A DNA stretch of 64,000 nt from Cyanobacteriota bacterium (GTDB lineage: Bacteria; Cyanobacteriota; Cyanobacteriia; Cyanobacteriales; Nostocaceae), in NCBI GenBank assembly GCA_046045965.1, contig JBJOKS010000019.1:32001-96000 (forward strand), written 5' to 3'. The notes below the pieces were generated by a model. The model saw nothing but the letters and a program-made list of their open reading frames with translations. It did not search any database and had not been told where the DNA came from. The translations under genes were made by a program, and so were the position numbers. Positions 59,775 to 64,000 of this stretch are shown piece after piece. Positions within the stretch are counted from its first letter, which is position 1. Each line of letters opens with the position of its first letter.

Positions 59775-61754
59775 TTAATTCCCGTTCAAAAATCCAATCA
59801 ATACTATTCCCAGGATAATCGATCCGCCACCGAGTACAAATGACCAAAAGCGATGATAGCTATTGACAATTGTGCCACTTTCGCCTTCTAGTTGAATTAA
59901 ATCCATCCACGGCATTATACCGCGACGGAACCAACCAACAGTTCTTACTTGTTGACTCAACAAGCTTTGTACCCGTTTCATGCCAAATAAGAAATTACCA
60001 ATGGGTCCAAAACGGGAGGCGTAATGTAAATAAAGCATTCCGCTTGGGTCTTGGAGTTTGAGGTCAGAACCAAATTGATAACCAGCGTCACCACGGCCAA
60101 TTAATTCTCCTTGTAGCATGGCTGGTTTTCCCCGTAAAGGACTGGCATAGGGGTCTGACATTAAAGTAAGGATGTCGGTGGGTGCAGCTTTTGAATAGTC
60201 GGGGAACATGACAAAGGCTTTAACTAAAATTCCCACTCCTAAACCAATAAATGGCGCACCAAGTATTAAGCTGGGGTTGCTGGAAGTGGACAACATGAAT
60301 AGGCCGATAATTAAACCCAGGACGAAACCAATGGTTTCTGCACCGTAAAGGACGACATCTAAAAAGAAATTGCCATAAAGCTTACTTTTATTGAGGGTTT
60401 TACCTTCACCAATGACTCTTCCCATGTCAAACTCTGTAGTTAAACCCAGTTGTTCTGCATAGGTGCTAAGAGCGCGGACTCGTTTACCTGTGAGGGGATG
60501 GGTAGAGTGTAATTCCATCCACCAACCCCAAGGGTTAAACATATCCCATAAAAACACGCGACCGATTTTTTGCGGGTCAGAAGCGATGCGGTAAGCTGTA
60601 CCTGTAGAAGTTGCGGCTTTGTGGTCATAAATGCCTAAAGCGCGAGTTCCTTCTATTAAGCGGCTGGGTTCTTGGGAACGTGAACCTTCTTCAACTATGC
60701 CATAGGCAATTTTCACTAAGGCACGAGAAAGTCCGTTAGGGTTGCCTGTGGTTTCCGCTGCAAAGTGGTCTGCAAAGTATTCTCTGGTGCGAGAGAGATA
60801 TAAAAGCAAGTAAGTACCGATAATATAAAAGATGTAAGCAACCATACTGGCTGTTTGCAAAGCATCTTTGAGTTTGTTGTCTCCACCTCCACGGGTAAAT
60901 CTTCTGGCGGTGCTGTAAACTAGGTAGCAAATCTGTACTAAGGTAGAAGCTACGGTCATAACGGCAAAGTCCCAGTGGACGATGTGACCTAGTTCGTGGG
61001 CGTAAACGGTAGCAACTTCATCATCATCGAGATAGGTGAAAAGTCCTTGGCTGACGACTAACCGCGCACTGTTAGGTAAAGAACCATAGGTAAAAGCTGT
61101 GGGGTTTTGGTCGTCAATTATTCCCAGTCTGGGAATTGTAATGTTTTTTTGTTGACAAACTTGGCGAATGATTTTTCCTGTTTCTGGACTGAGGTGTTCA
61201 ATTTCTGCTAAGTTTACCCAACGAGTTTGGTAAAGCCAGCTTTGGCTAAGATCCATCAAGAAGGGTGAAAGGAAAAAAGCGGCTAGATTGAATACTAAAG
61301 TAATACCAATGGCGATCGCTAAACCTGTGAGCGGATCGTTGCTGGTGAGAATTAATACTAGGCTTAAACCTAAAACGAACACCATGCCAAATAATAAAGC
61401 AATGGTAACACCTGATGCTAGAGCTAAACTACCACCTACGCCTCCCATTGCCAAGCTGACACCCGTGGTTAATGCACGTCCCGCTTTGGACTTGGAGACT
61501 GATGAGAAAAATGGACGGTCTTGTTCTGCCCATTCTCGCACCTGTGGGTTATCACTATTAATTAACTTTTGCCACAGAATTCTGGCTTGTTCGGTGTCGC
61601 CTGTTTTTTGATAAGCTTTCATTAGCCACATTTGGGCTGTGAGATAATCTGGAGAATTCAATTCTAAAGAATTTGCGGAAAATTCCTCCAGCAAATAAAT
61701 TGCGTCTTGATAGCGTCCCTGTTGAAAGGCATCTAAGCCTGATTGTAATGACAT
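59775..61754 (-). CDS. M48 family zinc metalloprotease (HtpX-like) with N-terminal TPR-like region
   Basis: PTAFTYG, HELGH, SRTREYFAD, STHP; multiple TMs. Confidence 0.9.
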   Translation of the reverse strand: MSLQSGLDAFQQGRYQDAIYLLEEFSANSLELNSPDYLTAQMWLMKAYQKTGDTEQARILWQKLINSDNPQVREWAEQDRPFFSSVSKSKAGRALTTGVSLAMGGVGGSLALASGVTIALLFGMVFVLGLSLVLILTSNDPLTGLAIAIGITLVFNLAAFFLSPFLMDLSQSWLYQTRWVNLAEIEHLSPETGKIIRQVCQQKNITIPRLGIIDDQNPTAFTYGSLPNSARLVVSQGLFTYLDDDEVATVYAHELGHIVHWDFAVMTVASTLVQICYLVYSTARRFTRGGGDNKLKDALQTASMVAYIFYIIGTYLLLYLSRTREYFADHFAAETTGNPNGLSRALVKIAYGIVEEGSRSQEPSRLIEGTRALGIYDHKAATSTGTAYRIASDPQKIGRVFLWDMFNPWGWWMELHSTHPLTGKRVRALSTYAEQLGLTTEFDMGRVIGEGKTLNKSKLYGNFFLDVVLYGAETIGFVLGLIIGLFMLSTSSNPSLILGAPFIGLGVGILVKAFVMFPDYSKAAPTDILTLMSDPYASPLRGKPAMLQGELIGRGDAGYQFGSDLKLQDPSGMLYLHYASRFGPIGNFLFGMKRVQSLLSQQVRTVGWFRRGIMPWMDLIQLEGESGTIVNSYHRFWSFVLGGGSIILGIVLIGFLNGN

Positions 61755-62095
61755 GATGATATCCCTGATCAAAAGGGTGTTATTTTTTAAGAATTCAGGA
61801 GTCAGGAGTCAGGAGTCAGAATATTTGATAAGTCGGTAGATGATCAAAGAATGATTTTTGACGTAACATAACCGTTAAAAAGCTGACTACTGACAGATTA
61901 TCGCTAAATTTTTACATTCTTTTCATTTATGAATACTCAATAAATACGGGATTTGTCATCATTAGTTCGCAAAAGTTAAAGAATTAGGGAACAGGGAACT
62001 CTTAACAGGGAACAGGAGGTGATGTTTACTAATGACTAATGACTAATGACTAATGACTAATATTAAGATTGTTATATTGTGAATTTAAGGTTGTG

Positions 62096-63403
62096 ATGAC
62101 TACAGTACAAGTTGCTTCTGCTTTAACTGAAATTGCCCAAAAAACCCGTTTAGCTGCTAGTAAGTTAGGGGTGCTTTCCACTGAGGAGAAAAATCAAGCT
62201 ATTGATGCGATCGCTCAAGCTTTAGAATCTGCAAAACAGGAAATTATACAGGCAAATGTGGCAGATTGTCAAGCGGCGATGGATGAAGGAATCGCTAAAC
62301 CTCTTTATAAACGTTTGCAGTTAGATGAACATAAGTTAAGAGATGCGATCGCTGGTGTGCGTGATGTAGGAAAGTTAGATGATCCTGTTGGTAAGGTCCA
62401 AATTCATCGAGAAATTGATACTGGTTTAATTCTCAAACGTATTACTTGTCCTTTGGGTGTTTTAGGAATTATTTTTGAAGCTCGTCCTGAAGCAGCTATT
62501 CAAATTGTTTCTTTAGCTATTAAATCAGGTAATGGTGTCATTCTCAAAGGTGGAAAAGAGGCTTTACGTTCTTGTGAAGCGATAGTTAAAGCCATTAAAA
62601 AAGGATTATCTGATACTGCTGTTAACCCGGATGCGGTGCAATTGTTAACCACTAGATCAGAAATTTTAGAACTTTTAAAATTAGATAAATATGTAGATTT
62701 AATTATTCCCAGAGGTTCCAATTCTTTTGTGAGGTTTGTCCAAGAAAATACGCGCATTCCTGTACTTGGTCATGCCGATGGCATTTGTCATCTTTATGTA
62801 GATAAAGAGGCTGATATTGAGAAAGCAATTAATATTACTGTAGATTCTAAAACTCAATATCCTGCGGCTTGTAATGCTATTGAAACTTTATTAGTTCATA
62901 GCAGTATTGCTGGGGATTTTTTACCCAAAGTTGCTGAATCTTTGCAAGCACAAAATGTAGAATTAAGAGGTGATGAACGCACTTTAAAAATTTTACATAA
63001 TATTGATTTAGCAACAGAAATAGACTGGGAAACAGAATATAGTGATTTGATTTTAGCAATTAAAATTGTTGATTCGTTAGAAGATGCTATATCTCACATT
63101 AGTGAATATGGGTCTCGTCATACAGAAGCAATTGTGACAGAAGATTTAACAGCAGCCAAAACTTTTCAAGCCTTAGTAAATGCAGCGGGAGTTTATCATA
63201 ATTGTTCTACTCGTTTTGCTGATGGTTTCCGTTATGGTTTTGGTGCAGAAGTGGGAATTAGTACCCAACAAATGCCACCTCGCGGACCTGTGGGTTTAGA
63301 AGGGTTAGTAACTTATAAATATCAAATGTGTGGTGATGGACATATTGTGAAAACCTACACAGGTGCTAATGCTAAATCATTTACACATCGAGATTTAGAA
63401 TAA
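62096..63403 (+). CDS. proA: Gamma-glutamyl phosphate reductase
   Basis: [62 protein letters not shown]. Confidence 0.96.
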   Translation: MTTVQVASALTEIAQKTRLAASKLGVLSTEEKNQAIDAIAQALESAKQEIIQANVADCQAAMDEGIAKPLYKRLQLDEHKLRDAIAGVRDVGKLDDPVGKVQIHREIDTGLILKRITCPLGVLGIIFEARPEAAIQIVSLAIKSGNGVILKGGKEALRSCEAIVKAIKKGLSDTAVNPDAVQLLTTRSEILELLKLDKYVDLIIPRGSNSFVRFVQENTRIPVLGHADGICHLYVDKEADIEKAINITVDSKTQYPAACNAIETLLVHSSIAGDFLPKVAESLQAQNVELRGDERTLKILHNIDLATEIDWETEYSDLILAIKIVDSLEDAISHISEYGSRHTEAIVTEDLTAAKTFQALVNAAGVYHNCSTRFADGFRYGFGAEVGISTQQMPPRGPVGLEGLVTYKYQMCGDGHIVKTYTGANAKSFTHRDLE

Positions 63404-63415
63404 TATATAATCACT

Positions 63416-64000
63416 TCATTTTCTAGCTTTTACAAAGAAGGTTGTGGTATCTTCCCAAACTCCTTGATCAGTTACGAGTTTTTCGATTTCTGATTTGTAT
63501 TCAACTTGTAACTGATCTAATTGTTCTGGTGATATTTCTGCTAACAAAGGATGAGCTTTAAATATTAAATTTAGCAATTTCTCAGATAATTTTCTATTAC
63601 TGAAATTGCCGTAACTTCCTCTGGGTTCAATTTCCATCTTGATATCTGTAAAACCTGCTTGTTGTAGCAAATTATGGCACTTTTCAGGAGTACCAAGTGT
63701 GGCAAGAATATGTGGTAGTTCAACACCGAAAAATTTAGCACAAATAGTTGTGTAAACAGATGCCATATAAGCAGTTTCAGGAGGACAAGTAAATGCAACA
63801 TATCCTCCTGGTTTTAGGAAGCGATACAACTTTTGTAAACTGGCAGGAATATCAATAAAGTATACAATTGCTGAACAACAGAAGATGACATCAAAACTAC
63901 CATCATTAAAATTTATGTGTTCTGCATCTTCTTCAATAAATTCGATATTTTTTAACCCTGCTGCTGTAACTTTTTCTCTTGCTTGATCTAGCATTCCCGG
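63416..64000 (-). CDS. Class I SAM-dependent methyltransferase, 3' part (5' end outside window)
   Basis: MLDQAR, DAE..., SFDVIFC, LKPGG. Confidence 0.85.
   Translation of the reverse strand, partial: PGMLDQAREKVTAAGLKNIEFIEEDAEHINFNDGSFDVIFCCSAIVYFIDIPASLQKLYRFLKPGGYVAFTCPPETAYMASVYTTICAKFFGVELPHILATLGTPEKCHNLLQQAGFTDIKMEIEPRGSYGNFSNRKLSEKLLNLIFKAHPLLAEISPEQLDQLQVEYKSEIEKLVTDQGVWEDTTTFFVKARK

Overview
AT-rich chromosomal segment of a heterocyst-forming cyanobacterium (Nostocales, inferred from frequent HIP1 GCGATCGC sites, heptamer STRR tracts, nblA, psbZ, desC-desA-desB, bciB and an hglK-like gene). Most of it is housekeeping: kdpB-kdpC, anmK, pphA-like phosphatase, A-adding tRNA nucleotidyltransferase, psbZ-ribH, tRNA-Gly, two proA homologues, cobK, trpD, carA, mini-RNase III, rlmB, DsbA and HtpX. 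Accessory material is interspersed. It includes a 163-bp orf-less IS200/IS605 element that keeps both ends plus a probable TnpB omega-RNA, and a single-chain restriction-modification gene flanked by degenerate direct repeats, one of which carries a nested MITE. There is also a GxxExxY nuclease pseudogene bracketed by inverted repeats, three adjacent toxin-antitoxin pairs and a kdpD remnant. The best candidate for an undescribed system is a 7.4-kb three-gene unit (38998-46399) encoding a dynamin-like GTPase, an atypical Hsp70/actin-fold ATPase and a protein with a possibly GrpE-like C-terminus. All calls come from reading motifs by eye; no searches were run.
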